DNA of 64,000 nucleotides from Akkermansiaceae bacterium UBA7331 (GCA_002471255.1 DKPP01000008.1:42324-106323), one strand, 5' to 3'; shown: positions 10,891-21,073, numbered from the stretch's first letter. Translations and numbers: made by a program. The notes: generated from the sequence alone by a model not told the origin.

Positions 10891-11859
10891 ATGTCTTTTC
10901 AGTACCCTAAAACCATTGCAACCATTCTCAAGAAACGTCAAGCAAAACTGACTTCTAGACAATTGGCTCAGATTATCTTCGAAACGCAACCCCATGAAGT
11001 GGAGGCAAAGCGCAAGCGTGCAGGCAAAAGACAAGTTCCGCTTGATACGGATGAGGCAATGATTGCGCAAATTGCGGCAGAAATTAGCTCACAACGGAGT
11101 TCGATTGAAAAATTAGGTAAGGTGAAGACATTAGAAACGCGTCCCCGACTATACTATTATAGTAATATAAGTGACGATGAAGAAGTGACCCGTGCCGAAC
11201 AACAGACCGATAAGACTGATGTCGGTGATGATAGCCAATCAAACGGGCTCAACGATAGCTATACGGAGCATAGTCTCTACCCGATTCTGGCTCAATACCT
11301 GTGGAGCGAGCAAAAAATTTATACTAGACGCATCGACGAGCGCCGCTCGGGTAATCGCAAGGGAACCAACGGCAACAAGTGGCTGTACCCGGACTTGGTT
11401 GGGATGCAAGATCTCAGCGAAACTTGGGAGCGCGAAGTGCGCGATTGTGTGAAACAATATGCCGACAAAAAAACGAAGTTGTGGTCTTTCGAAGTAAAGA
11501 AACTGATCAACCGCAGCAATGTGCGCGAGTGTTTCTTTCAAGCCGTAAGCAACTCTTCATGGGGTAATTACGGATACCTAGTGGCGTGTGAAATTTCGGG
11601 TTCCGATACGATGGACGAGCTACAAATTCTCTGCGGAGTACACGGTATCGGCTTAATTCGCCTAGACAGGGAAAGTCCGACGGACAGTCAAATTTTAATT
11701 CAATCGAAAGAAAAAAACGATATCGACTGGAATACGGTTAACCGTATTGCGAGTGAAAACAAAGACTTTCTAGATTATGTGAAAGTGATCCGGCAGTTTT
11801 ACCAAACAGGCGAAATTCGCTATGAAAGCTGGGATGTCTGCTGCAAGGGCGAGGAGTAA
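10891..11859 (+). CDS. COG2958/HrgA-like protein (N-terminal winged helix, C-terminal PD-(D/E)xK-type nuclease)
   Basis: EHSLYPIL, IDE, KWLYPDLVG, SFEVKK, RECFFQAVSNSSWGNYGYLVA, GIGLI motifs typical of the H. pylori HrgA family; divergent from hsdM. Confidence 0.8.
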   Translation: MSFQYPKTIATILKKRQAKLTSRQLAQIIFETQPHEVEAKRKRAGKRQVPLDTDEAMIAQIAAEISSQRSSIEKLGKVKTLETRPRLYYYSNISDDEEVTRAEQQTDKTDVGDDSQSNGLNDSYTEHSLYPILAQYLWSEQKIYTRRIDERRSGNRKGTNGNKWLYPDLVGMQDLSETWEREVRDCVKQYADKKTKLWSFEVKKLINRSNVRECFFQAVSNSSWGNYGYLVACEISGSDTMDELQILCGVHGIGLIRLDRESPTDSQILIQSKEKNDIDWNTVNRIASENKDFLDYVKVIRQFYQTGEIRYESWDVCCKGEE

Positions 11860-12220
11860 CTACAACCCATCTGCAAAAAACTACCCCCTGGAAACACAAC
11901 AAAACATCAGCCGTCGATCAATCAACTTAACAACTAAACGTGATGACTCGAAGCTTGAAAAAAACAGATACATTTTCAACTATTATTAGCCATCAAAACA
12001 GTACTTCTATGCCTATGTGTTAAACGCCTTAGATTTGAGGGGAAATATATCCAATAATTGATAGCCCGGAATAAACAATTTATCCATGAAGGAGCACGCA
12101 AAGGGGAATTATGTAGATAAAAAAACATCTTTGCTATGATATTTCACCAAAAGATCAATATCGGATATCTGTAGCCCCCCTTAAGGAAGGGAGGACTTTG
12201 ATAAGGAAATTACTATAATC

Positions 12221-13138
12221 CTAAAAACGTCTACGGCGCATCATCAATACGCTCAAGCCCAGTAAACCAAGCGTTATAGTAGTTGGTTCAGGCACGCTTT
12301 TAACTCCGGCTAATGAAATCGAACCTGGTCCCACACCATCCTCCTGTGTACCCGTATAAACGAAATGTGCATTACTCAAGTCGTATCCGGTATCTTTGCC
12401 TTTGGCCTCAACAAGAGCCTGATTAAGCAACTTATTCAAGAAATCAAAGTTACCCGGATAATCTGATGATACTGCTCTTGAGTTCTGATAATCAAACAAT
12501 AGAATATCTCCCTCGCTATTCATTGTATTAAATAAATCATTTCCAAAATAAATATGGGTGCAGGTATTATACACACTTAGAGTCTCCGTTGTGATACTGC
12601 CGTTCATCGTCACAGTACCGCCACTCTCAGCCCCACCTATACCTACATACGAGCCCTTACCCCCAAAAACCATCCCCAAGGTCACATTTCCCCCTTCTAA
12701 TGCCAATCTGGACGTATTGCCGGCCACAGCCACATTTTCCATATAAACGGATTTAAAAAAGACGTCCCCAGCTGTTCTCTGCACTTCCAATCTGATGTAG
12801 CTTTTAGAAGTCAATGATTTATTACTCATCACCACCTTTTCGTCTACCCATAATGTGTTCGACGAAAAAATAGTTCGTATGCCCAAGCCCTCGGAATGAT
12901 TATTGATAGCTAAAGTCCGACAACTCAAACTCGATCCACTCATAGTAAAGTCAATTTTGGAAGGGCTCGCCGTATTACCCGATTGTACAAGTATGCTATC
13001 ATACGTTTGAGTGACATTTTTCAAACTACCAGTAACATCCGATAGCTCGTAATTGTTGTTGACCACAGGCATCTCCCCATAGACCAAGGGCCATAAAACC
13101 CCGGAGCCGATTATTACAGATCTGTATAATGTTTTCAT
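12221..13138 (-). CDS. PEP-CTERM sorting-domain surface protein
   Basis: N-terminal signal peptide; C-terminal VPEP-TM-RRRR (VPEPTTITLGLLGLSVLMMRRRRF). Confidence 0.9.
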   Translation of the reverse strand: MKTLYRSVIIGSGVLWPLVYGEMPVVNNNYELSDVTGSLKNVTQTYDSILVQSGNTASPSKIDFTMSGSSLSCRTLAINNHSEGLGIRTIFSSNTLWVDEKVVMSNKSLTSKSYIRLEVQRTAGDVFFKSVYMENVAVAGNTSRLALEGGNVTLGMVFGGKGSYVGIGGAESGGTVTMNGSITTETLSVYNTCTHIYFGNDLFNTMNSEGDILLFDYQNSRAVSSDYPGNFDFLNKLLNQALVEAKGKDTGYDLSNAHFVYTGTQEDGVGPGSISLAGVKSVPEPTTITLGLLGLSVLMMRRRRF

Positions 13139-13376
13139 ATTAATTATTACAATCTTGTAATAGAGTACGTATCACTCAAATATGTTCAAATACGCATGAA
13201 ACCATATACAACAAATAAGTTAAGCACGATCGTAGTATCAGCTTTAAATAATATTATTGGGTTTACTCTCTTTAGATCGGACAAAAATAATTATTTCAAT
13301 TCAGATGTAACCTACATCAGAAGCCTACCGCCTATGGCACATTTCAAGAAAGAGGCAATGATGAAGCTTTATTTAA

Positions 13377-13451
13377 TGGCGTCCCCGACGGGAATCGAAC
13401 CCATATCTAATCTTTAGGAGAGACTCGTTCTATCCATTGAACTACGGGGAC
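13377..13451 (-). tRNA. tRNA-Arg(CCT)
   Basis: Reverse complement gtccccgtagttcaatggatagaacg-agtct-CTCCTAA-agatt...ggttcgattccc-gtcggggacgCCA; 75 nt. Confidence 0.95.
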
Positions 13452-13526
13452 GCAAGGTGTGAGAAGAATAAGGTGAGCTTGTGATGAGCTCAAGCAAATT
13501 CAGCGTGTGGGTGGTGGAAACTTGTT

Positions 13527-14750
13527 TTAGGAATCCACCCCTAATTTGTTTTTGCGATAGTGGTCTAGCGAAACTCGGTAAAAATAAATGATGGCTAACA
13601 CGTTAAAGATGGCACCTACTCCAAATGCCCAATTTAAGTTTAACCAAGCATAGATTTTACCGCCCATTAACATTCCGGCGCCGGCACCAATATCAAAGGC
13701 AGTAAAAAATGTGGAATTGACGGCTCCGCGGTGGCCTCTGCTTGCCATGTTGAGCTTCATTGTTTGGAATGTTGGGATGAAAATGCCAAATCCCATTCCT
13801 ATAAATACGGCGGCACCATAATAAATCGGCTCTAGCGGGAAGCAGGCTAAGGCACCAAAACTTACGGATAAAATACTAAGCGAAGCCACGGATAATTCGG
13901 CCACTCGACCGCGGTCAATTTGTTTCCCGACAATAAAGCGAGACATCAACATCCCTACGCCCATTAAAGCATAGAATAATCCGGCGTATTGGAACCCGTA
14001 CTGCTGTCCATACATCGCCGAGTACACTGCTACGATACCATAGGAAAAAGAAGCCATCACGACATTGATCGCCAAAGGTATGCCCACTCGTAAGATAAGT
14101 CGATCAAGTACACCCTTAGGCGTTTCGACAACAGGCTCATTAACAGGTTTGGCCGGAGCCTTAATCATTAAGGAACATAACCAACCCAAAAAGCCTAAAC
14201 CAATCGTACACCAAATAATAGCAGGGAAAGAATAATTCGTATAAATATTTAAGCCGATGACGGGGCCTAAACACATCCCCAAAGTCATGGTCATGCCATA
14301 AAAGCCAAGCCCCTCGCCACGTCGTGCGGACGGAATAATATCTGCGACTAAGGTTGGACCCGATGTCGTCACCCCACCCCATGCAAAACCATTCATAATA
14401 CGAGCCAAAAGCATCGTCACAGCCGTACCGGCGATACCATAACCACAAAAGGTAATAACTAGAAATAGATAGATCAATATATACGCTTTTTTACGATCGC
14501 CATGATCCACCCAATGAGCCACGATAGGACGCATCAAAATAGCCGCCAAAACATAACTCGACATGATAATCCCCAACCATCCGCCGGGGGCCTTTAAATC
14601 ATCGGTCAAATACAACGGTAAAACCGGTATCATTAAGTAGAAAGCCAAACCTAAAAGCAGGTTCGCACTACATGCCCATATATAATTAGGCGTCCACAAT
14701 CGAGGTGGTTTTTCACTATGTTGGCTACGGGATTTTGCCCCATCATTCAT
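13527..14750 (-). CDS. MFS transporter
   Basis: About 12 hydrophobic segments; ARIMNG, RRGEGLG and GKQIDRGR MFS loop motifs. Confidence 0.9.
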   Translation of the reverse strand: MNDGAKSRSQHSEKPPRLWTPNYIWACSANLLLGLAFYLMIPVLPLYLTDDLKAPGGWLGIIMSSYVLAAILMRPIVAHWVDHGDRKKAYILIYLFLVITFCGYGIAGTAVTMLLARIMNGFAWGGVTTSGPTLVADIIPSARRGEGLGFYGMTMTLGMCLGPVIGLNIYTNYSFPAIIWCTIGLGFLGWLCSLMIKAPAKPVNEPVVETPKGVLDRLILRVGIPLAINVVMASFSYGIVAVYSAMYGQQYGFQYAGLFYALMGVGMLMSRFIVGKQIDRGRVAELSVASLSILSVSFGALACFPLEPIYYGAAVFIGMGFGIFIPTFQTMKLNMASRGHRGAVNSTFFTAFDIGAGAGMLMGGKIYAWLNLNWAFGVGAIFNVLAIIYFYRVSLDHYRKNKLGVDS

Positions 14751-14906
14751 AAGGCAGGGAATAATCCGGCAGATTGATAAAAGATGATACCCTCAGTCGT
14801 GTCATGAAAAAAATTTCTTCTATTTTAAGATAATCGCATTGACCCGATTTCCCCTTAAATCTAATATCTCGCTTCCGACAAATTTTTATCCAAAGAATAA
14901 ATTGTA

Positions 14907-15494
14907 ATGTGGCTTGATATTTTATTTTTAGCATTAGCCTTATCGGTTGATGCTTTCGTAGTAGCTCTATCTTACGGGCTCATTTTGAAATACCATCGAT
15001 TCCAAAACGGATTAAATATCGCCTTTGCCACCGCCTTTGGTCAATTTATCATGCCTGTCATCGGTTTTTATCTGACAGGTTCCATCCATGACTATATTAG
15101 TGAATGGGATCATTGGATCGGAGCGGGGGTCTTTTTCTTATTGGGCATTAAGGTCATTAAAGATGCTTTTTCGCATCCGGATACGTCTTCTTCAAGCAAT
15201 GAAGCTTCGGTACAATATCTATCACTCAAAATGTTAATACTGATCGGTATCGCTACCAGTATCGATGCTTTAGTTGCGGGGATTAGTATTTATATGAATC
15301 ACCAAGAACACAATTCCGGCATTTGGATCCCTGCCGGTATGATTGGCATCACGACTTTTATTTGTGCTTCTCTAGGATTTTATTTAACGAACCGATTCAA
15401 ACATTTTAATACGAAATATCTACAAATCATAGCAGGTCTCGTTTTAATTGGATTAGGTATAAAAATGTTATCCAGCCATTTAAATTTATTCTAA
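14907..15494 (+). CDS. mntP: Manganese efflux pump MntP family
   Basis: ALSVDAF and IATSIDAL duplicated motifs, FGQFIMP, DHWIG. Confidence 0.88.
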   Translation: MWLDILFLALALSVDAFVVALSYGLILKYHRFQNGLNIAFATAFGQFIMPVIGFYLTGSIHDYISEWDHWIGAGVFFLLGIKVIKDAFSHPDTSSSSNEASVQYLSLKMLILIGIATSIDALVAGISIYMNHQEHNSGIWIPAGMIGITTFICASLGFYLTNRFKHFNTKYLQIIAGLVLIGLGIKMLSSHLNLF

Positions 15495-16862
15495 TCAATC
15501 AGACTTTTTTTTCAATTGATTATCAATAATGGATTTTCTGTAATCCATTCTCTCTTTAATTCTTTGCTCTAGCCCATTACTTGTCGGAGTATAATAAACT
15601 CGACCCTCAGGTAGATAAGCTTGAGGCACAAAATGGTCCGGGTAATCATGGGCGTACTTATATTCGAGGGATTCCTGCTCCGCACCACCGGCAGATGCCA
15701 GTTTTTTACGAGTCGGCGTACGCAAATGTTCAGGTACTGCCAAAGTGCGACCGCTTTTCACATCTTGCAAGGCGGCATTGATCCCCATATAGGCAGAATT
15801 ACTCTTCGGTGCCGTGGCTAAATATACCGTAGCATGAGCCAACGGGATTCTGGCCTCGGGCATGCCTACCATTTCTGCCGCTTTTGCCGCATCCATTGCC
15901 ACACGTAGTGCGTTTGAATCAGCCAACCCCACATCTTCCGAAGCGGCTATAACCAAACGTCTGGCGATAAAGCGAATATCTTCACCGGCCTCAAGCATCA
16001 TGGCTAGCCAATAAAGGGCAGCATCAGGGTCCGACCCTCTCATCGATTTGATGAAAGCCGAAATAGTATCGTAATGCCCATCTCCGGCACGATCGTAACG
16101 AATCGCTTTTTGCTGAATGGATTCTTCAGCTACCTGTAGCGTGATATGGATATTTCCCGATTCGCCCGGTGTCGATAAAACCGCAATTTCCAATGCCGTT
16201 AATGCCTTGCGCACATCACCATCGGATTTTAAGGCCAAATGAGCTAAGGCATCTTCATCAGCCACGATGTTTTTATTCCCCAAGCCTCTTTCCTTATCGG
16301 TAATAGCTCGTCGTAACAACATCAACAGATCATTTTCCGCTACAGGCTCGAGAGGAAACACCTGAGAGCGTGATAAAAGGGGTGAATTGATAGCAAAATA
16401 GGGGTTTTCAGTCGTAGCACCGATGAATCGTACCGTTCCTTTTTCCAAATGAGGCAGTAGCACATCTTGCTGTGCTTTATTAAAACGATGCAACTCATCT
16501 ACAAATAAAACAGTACGTTTTTGATGCAAACTCATACGTAATTGCGCTTGTCCAATACGTTCGCGTATCTCTGAAACGTTGGACTCCACTCCATTTAACA
16601 TCATAAAATGGGCATTGGTGCTTCGCGCTATCACAGCGGCCAAGGTTGTCTTGCCTACACCCGGTGGACCATAAAAAATCAAGGAGGTAAATCGATCCGT
16701 CTCAATGGCTCGTCTCAATAACTTGCCCTCTGCCAACAAATGACTCTGCCCTGCTACCTCATCTAAAGTCCTAGGGCGCATTCTAGCAGCCAAAGGCATC
16801 ACGCTTGTATCCGCTTCGGGGTCAAAGCCACCCTTTGATTCCTGTAAACTAAATAGATCCAT
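15495..16862 (-). CDS. rarA: Replication-associated recombination protein A (AAA+)
   Basis: PLAARMRP, GPPGVGKTT, DELHRFNKAQQD, GATTENP, ISAFIKSMRGSDPD, ASEDVG, YKYAHDY. Confidence 0.95.
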   Translation of the reverse strand: MDLFSLQESKGGFDPEADTSVMPLAARMRPRTLDEVAGQSHLLAEGKLLRRAIETDRFTSLIFYGPPGVGKTTLAAVIARSTNAHFMMLNGVESNVSEIRERIGQAQLRMSLHQKRTVLFVDELHRFNKAQQDVLLPHLEKGTVRFIGATTENPYFAINSPLLSRSQVFPLEPVAENDLLMLLRRAITDKERGLGNKNIVADEDALAHLALKSDGDVRKALTALEIAVLSTPGESGNIHITLQVAEESIQQKAIRYDRAGDGHYDTISAFIKSMRGSDPDAALYWLAMMLEAGEDIRFIARRLVIAASEDVGLADSNALRVAMDAAKAAEMVGMPEARIPLAHATVYLATAPKSNSAYMGINAALQDVKSGRTLAVPEHLRTPTRKKLASAGGAEQESLEYKYAHDYPDHFVPQAYLPEGRVYYTPTSNGLEQRIKERMDYRKSIIDNQLKKKSD

Positions 16863-16978
16863 CCTTCTTACATATTATGCTATCTCGCAGCCAAGCAAGC
16901 TACAAGCAAAATGTCCGTTCCAAAAAACTCATCGACACTTACAAGCCTATTACATCATAAGAAAGCCATAAGCTGTCA

Positions 16979-17007
16979 TTGACACTTTCTAGGGTTCAAG
17001 GCATAGT
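16979..17007 (+). promoter_or_regulatory. Putative sigma70 promoter with very short leader
   Basis: TTGACA-N17-CATAGT, 12 nt upstream of ATG 17020. Confidence 0.5.
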
Positions 17008-17019
17008 ATTTCGCGTTAA

Positions 17020-18390
17020 ATGATTAAATTTACAAACATAAGCGGATCGGATGAGATCGGTTCCAATTGCTATTTGTTAGAATTGGATGGTACTCGCGTG
17101 GTTCTGGATAGTGGTATGCACCCCAAGAAAGAGGGATTGGCAGCTATGCCAAATTTTGATGCGATTGAAGAAAACTCTCTAGATGCGATTTTTTTAAGTC
17201 ACTCTCACTTAGACCACTTAGGCACGATTCCGGTATTGCAGGATAAACAACCGACAGCGGAGGTTTTTATGACCCCGGCGACGGCGGCATTATCAGAAGT
17301 AATGTTGCATAATTCTGTCAATGTGATGATGTCTAAACGTCTCGAATTAGGAATCGTAGAATATCCATTTTTTACCCATAAGGAACTTGACGTATTATGC
17401 GAATCTTGGCGCGCAAAAACTTGTAACGAGGCATTCCGCGTTGGATATCGCCAAAATATTTTAGCTACATTTTATGATGCAGGGCACATTTTAGGTTCTG
17501 CCGGTATTCAATTGGAAACCGAGTCCGGACATACGGTTTTTTATACAGGTGACGTACAGTTTGAAGACCAAAGCATGATTCCTGGAGCCGATTTCCCGGA
17601 AAGTGGGATCGATACGCTCATTATGGAATGCACCCGTGGCGGAGCTCATCGTTGTGAACATTATACACGTTCATCAGAAATGGAACGTTTTGGTCACCAA
17701 ATCGCCAAAACTCTAGAACGAGGCGGTGCGGTACTCATTCCGGTATTTGCCATCGGTAAAAGCCAAGAAATGCTCTATAATTTACACCAGTTTAAGTTAA
17801 ACGGCGTTATTCCGGCGAATACCCCCGTTTATTTTGGTGGATTAAGTGCCAAAGTAACTACATTGTACGACAAATTCTCTACCTTAACGAGAAGACATGA
17901 TCCTGAGTTCAAGTTAAAAGAAGAGGTAGAAACCGTACCATTACCAAGAAAAGGCCGCGCTCCGTTAGTATGTAGCCCCGGTAATATCTATGTGGTATCA
18001 AGCGGAATGATGACTGAAAAGACCATCTCCAATTCCATTGCCGATCAGTTTTTACCATATCCGTCACACTCGATCTTTTTCGTAGGTTATTGCGACCCCG
18101 ATTCTCCTGCAGGCGTTTTAAAAGACACACCCCACGGCGATAACGTCAAAATGCGCCCGAATGGTCAAAAAGTACCACGTTTATGCGAAATCCAAAGTTT
18201 TGACTTTTCCGGCCATGCTCCGAGAGAATCACTAGTAGCTTATGCTAAAAAACTAAGCCCAAAACGCATCATCCTCGTACACGGCGACCCGGATGCGATC
18301 GAATGGATGCAAAACAGACTTCATGAGGAATTACCCGATACGGAAGTTGTTGCACCCGAGCAAGGAGTTTGCTATAGCTTTGAATCATGA
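17020..18390 (+). CDS. MBL-fold / beta-CASP ribonuclease
   Basis: EIGSNC, DSG, HSHLDH, AGHILGSA, YTGD, IPVFAIG, SSGM, SGHA, LVHGD. Confidence 0.9.
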   Translation: MIKFTNISGSDEIGSNCYLLELDGTRVVLDSGMHPKKEGLAAMPNFDAIEENSLDAIFLSHSHLDHLGTIPVLQDKQPTAEVFMTPATAALSEVMLHNSVNVMMSKRLELGIVEYPFFTHKELDVLCESWRAKTCNEAFRVGYRQNILATFYDAGHILGSAGIQLETESGHTVFYTGDVQFEDQSMIPGADFPESGIDTLIMECTRGGAHRCEHYTRSSEMERFGHQIAKTLERGGAVLIPVFAIGKSQEMLYNLHQFKLNGVIPANTPVYFGGLSAKVTTLYDKFSTLTRRHDPEFKLKEEVETVPLPRKGRAPLVCSPGNIYVVSSGMMTEKTISNSIADQFLPYPSHSIFFVGYCDPDSPAGVLKDTPHGDNVKMRPNGQKVPRLCEIQSFDFSGHAPRESLVAYAKKLSPKRIILVHGDPDAIEWMQNRLHEELPDTEVVAPEQGVCYSFES

Positions 18391-18998
18391 GTTTTAACGG
18401 ATGCAGAAAAGGTAAATTGATCGTATTTGAGGGAATTGACGGTACAGGCAAATCCACTCAGATACGACTTTTATCTGATTATCTTACTGCATCCGGACAA
18501 ACAGTCGTTCAAAGTTTCGAACCGACTCGTGGCAAATGGGGTAAACAACTCCGCGACTCCGCCACCACCGGTCGCTTATCTTTGGAAGAAGAAGTAGAGC
18601 TCTTTTTAAAAGATCGTCGTGAGCATGTGGAGCAACTTATCGCTCCTGCACTAAAACGCGGCGATTTCGTTTTACTGGACCGCTACTATTTGTCAATGAT
18701 GGCCTACCAAAGCGCCAGAGGCATCAGCGCTGATGAAATACGTATCGCCAATGAAGAGTTTGCCCCGATTCCTGATGCCGTTATTTGGTTAGATATTCCG
18801 ATCCAAACAGCATTAAATCGCATTGGCTCTCGTGGCGCACAAGACCACTTCGAATCAGAAGAACACCTTACCCATTGCAGACAAATCTTTTCTTCCATTC
18901 ACGACCCCTGGATGCTTAGAGTCGATGGGGATGGCTCGCCGGATCTAGTATCGCAGCGAGTCATCGAAGCATTAAAATCTTTTAATGTTATCAGTTAA
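18387..18998 (+). CDS. tmk: Thymidylate kinase
   Basis: FEGIDGTGKSTQ P-loop, EP, LDRYYLS..AYQ; 4-bp overlap with upstream gene. Confidence 0.95.
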   Translation: MSFNGCRKGKLIVFEGIDGTGKSTQIRLLSDYLTASGQTVVQSFEPTRGKWGKQLRDSATTGRLSLEEEVELFLKDRREHVEQLIAPALKRGDFVLLDRYYLSMMAYQSARGISADEIRIANEEFAPIPDAVIWLDIPIQTALNRIGSRGAQDHFESEEHLTHCRQIFSSIHDPWMLRVDGDGSPDLVSQRVIEALKSFNVIS

Positions 18999-19030
18999 TA
19001 TCGATATTTATTAACTGATAGCACTTTGCC

Positions 19031-20077
19031 CTATTTTAGTAATAAATAAGCTGCAATACCAATCGATAAGATTAGTAAAATGACGGATAGCACCCCATTC
19101 CCCGACTTTTTGGGGCGGTAGGTAGCACCTCCCATACTAGTTCTCATTGGGGCCGTCGTGCGCAATTGGGCACCCGATTGTACAGTACTAATGTAGTTAT
19201 ACCACGCTTGAGCCGAATTAAAACGATCTTTGATATCCGGAGCCAAAGCCTTATCGATACCGGCCAAAAACGATGTAGAGTATAATTTACGCAAAGGTAA
19301 AAATGAGGTCATCTTCTTCGTACGGTCCACTACGGATCGCTGATCTGCAGGATCAGGAATCATACCCGAAACCAATTCATAAAACGTAGCACCTAAACCG
19401 TAAATATCACACCATGGACCGATTTCTGCGCGTCTACCGGGATAAAATTCGGGTGGAGTGTAACCCGGGGTAATTTGAATGAGCCCTTGGTGTTGCAACT
19501 CTTTCGATCTGACTGCCCCAAAGTCGATAAGCTTAGGCGTCCCATCTTTTTGTAAAAAGATATTACCCGGCTTAATATCACAATGAAAAACATTTTGAGT
19601 ATGCAAATACTGTAATATATCCAATAATTGCACCAAAAGATTATTCGCCTGCTCCACCGTAAACAATTTACCCTCTGTGCGGAATGTTTCAATTTGATCA
19701 TGCAAAGTAACCCCTTCGATGCACTCCATCACATAATAAAACGTACCATTTGCATCAAATAAATTATAAACGCGCACTACTCCCGGATGATTGATCTTGG
19801 CAATCGTTTCGGCCTCATGCTTAGCGTTTCTGATACATTGGATAAACATCGTCTCCAACTCGGGACTATGCGCACGAATCCAATTATTCGCATCACGATG
19901 AGCATAAGCAGAAGGCAAACACTCCTTGATCACCACATAAATGTTACGTTCAATATCCAAAGCAAGGTAAGTAATACCAAAACCGCCTGCTCCAAGCACT
20001 TGCTGGATGACATATTGCCCATTAAGCATAGTGCCATCGGCTAAAGGATAAATAAGGGATTCGTCGTGACCGGTCAT
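19031..20077 (-). CDS. Hanks-type Ser/Thr protein kinase with C-terminal membrane anchor
   Basis: LGAGGFGITY, VIKE, HCDIKPGN, DFG, YTPPE, DIYGLG; terminal hydrophobic helix. Confidence 0.92.
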   Translation of the reverse strand: MTGHDESLIYPLADGTMLNGQYVIQQVLGAGGFGITYLALDIERNIYVVIKECLPSAYAHRDANNWIRAHSPELETMFIQCIRNAKHEAETIAKINHPGVVRVYNLFDANGTFYYVMECIEGVTLHDQIETFRTEGKLFTVEQANNLLVQLLDILQYLHTQNVFHCDIKPGNIFLQKDGTPKLIDFGAVRSKELQHQGLIQITPGYTPPEFYPGRRAEIGPWCDIYGLGATFYELVSGMIPDPADQRSVVDRTKKMTSFLPLRKLYSTSFLAGIDKALAPDIKDRFNSAQAWYNYISTVQSGAQLRTTAPMRTSMGGATYRPKKSGNGVLSVILLILSIGIAAYLLLK

Positions 20078-20101
20078 ATTCGTTATGTTTTTTTGTTAAA
20101 A

Positions 20102-21073
20102 TTAATAGCAAGATACTCTAAATTCGTAATTTTCCACGCTACCACGTTCAAGACAGGCCGTTAGCCAATCAAACAATGGTACAAACTCGCCACCTAAAAT
20201 ATCAACCATTTCATTGGAAATAGGCGTCGGTCTACCAGTAGCCAGTCGAATTTGATCTGCACAAGATAAAATGGCTTCGCATTGAGCATCATCCGCTTTA
20301 AATATCTCTTCGGCAGGAGGTAAATTAACTAAATCACTCTCACTGATCGCAATGCAAATGATACCGATGCCAAATTGAGCGGAAAGTTTTCTTAATTCAC
20401 TACAAGAAGCATCATCCGGAATCTCACCGACAATAATCAATTCACCGCTCTGAGACCAATGAGCCGATGATAAAGCTCTAAAAAACTCTTTACGCAGCTG
20501 ATCTTCACTAGGCATGCAAACCACGCATACCGATTGAATGTTGATCAAAGGAGCCCCAAGCATACGCTTACGCTCCAATGCGCTCGGATCAAAAATCAAA
20601 GTAGATTCCTCCCAGTCGCCCTCCGGCCAATCAATCACGGCAATATCGGGCTGAGCCCAAGCATTACCCTGCTCACCGGTACTAAAGACAAACACACCTC
20701 GTCCGGATGTATCATACTGCCTTACCACTAAAGCTAAAGCCTTAGACCTTAAAGTAGAATACTCGGAATCGTCTTCACCTAAAAACAAAGGTAACAAACC
20801 ACGAGGCGGGATACTTTTAGGCTTATCATTGGTACGTTTATAATAACCTTGTCCACGTTCTACTTTAGCAATAACCGAATTTGGTTCTGCCGCCATAAAG
20901 GAAAAATGATATCGCAAAGAAGCATCGGAATACTCTTCACCCAACTGTAACCGCACCAATCGAATCAGCTCAGTACCCTTAATGGCTTGAGCTGCATTAT
21001 CCGGCAACAGAGTGGGCAGTAACTCATCTAGCTGTGAACGCAAACTCATAGCCATACTATAACCATGAATCAC
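20102..21073 (-). CDS. Divergent COG2958/HrgA-like protein (wHTH plus apparently degenerate nuclease fold)
   Basis: WAQPDIA, RKEFFRALSSAHWSQSGELI and ELRKLSAQFGIGII align by eye with WLYPDLV, RECFFQAVSNSSWGNYGYLV and ELQILCGVHGIGLI of 10891..11859. True start may be a few codons downstream. Confidence 0.6.
   Translation of the reverse strand: MIHGYSMAMSLRSQLDELLPTLLPDNAAQAIKGTELIRLVRLQLGEEYSDASLRYHFSFMAAEPNSVIAKVERGQGYYKRTNDKPKSIPPRGLLPLFLGEDDSEYSTLRSKALALVVRQYDTSGRGVFVFSTGEQGNAWAQPDIAVIDWPEGDWEESTLIFDPSALERKRMLGAPLINIQSVCVVCMPSEDQLRKEFFRALSSAHWSQSGELIIVGEIPDDASCSELRKLSAQFGIGIICIAISESDLVNLPPAEEIFKADDAQCEAILSCADQIRLATGRPTPISNEMVDILGGEFVPLFDWLTACLERGSVENYEFRVSCY

Noticed and set aside
13196-13417. 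73-aa ORF (also 21259..21447 and 22949..23197)
   Set aside because: These overlap tRNA genes or are antisense to real genes; spurious.
14751-14906. yybP-ykoY (Mn2+) riboswitch upstream of mntP
   Set aside because: Expected by gene context, but I could not find the conserved motifs or structure in this AT-rich interval; an Infernal search would settle it.
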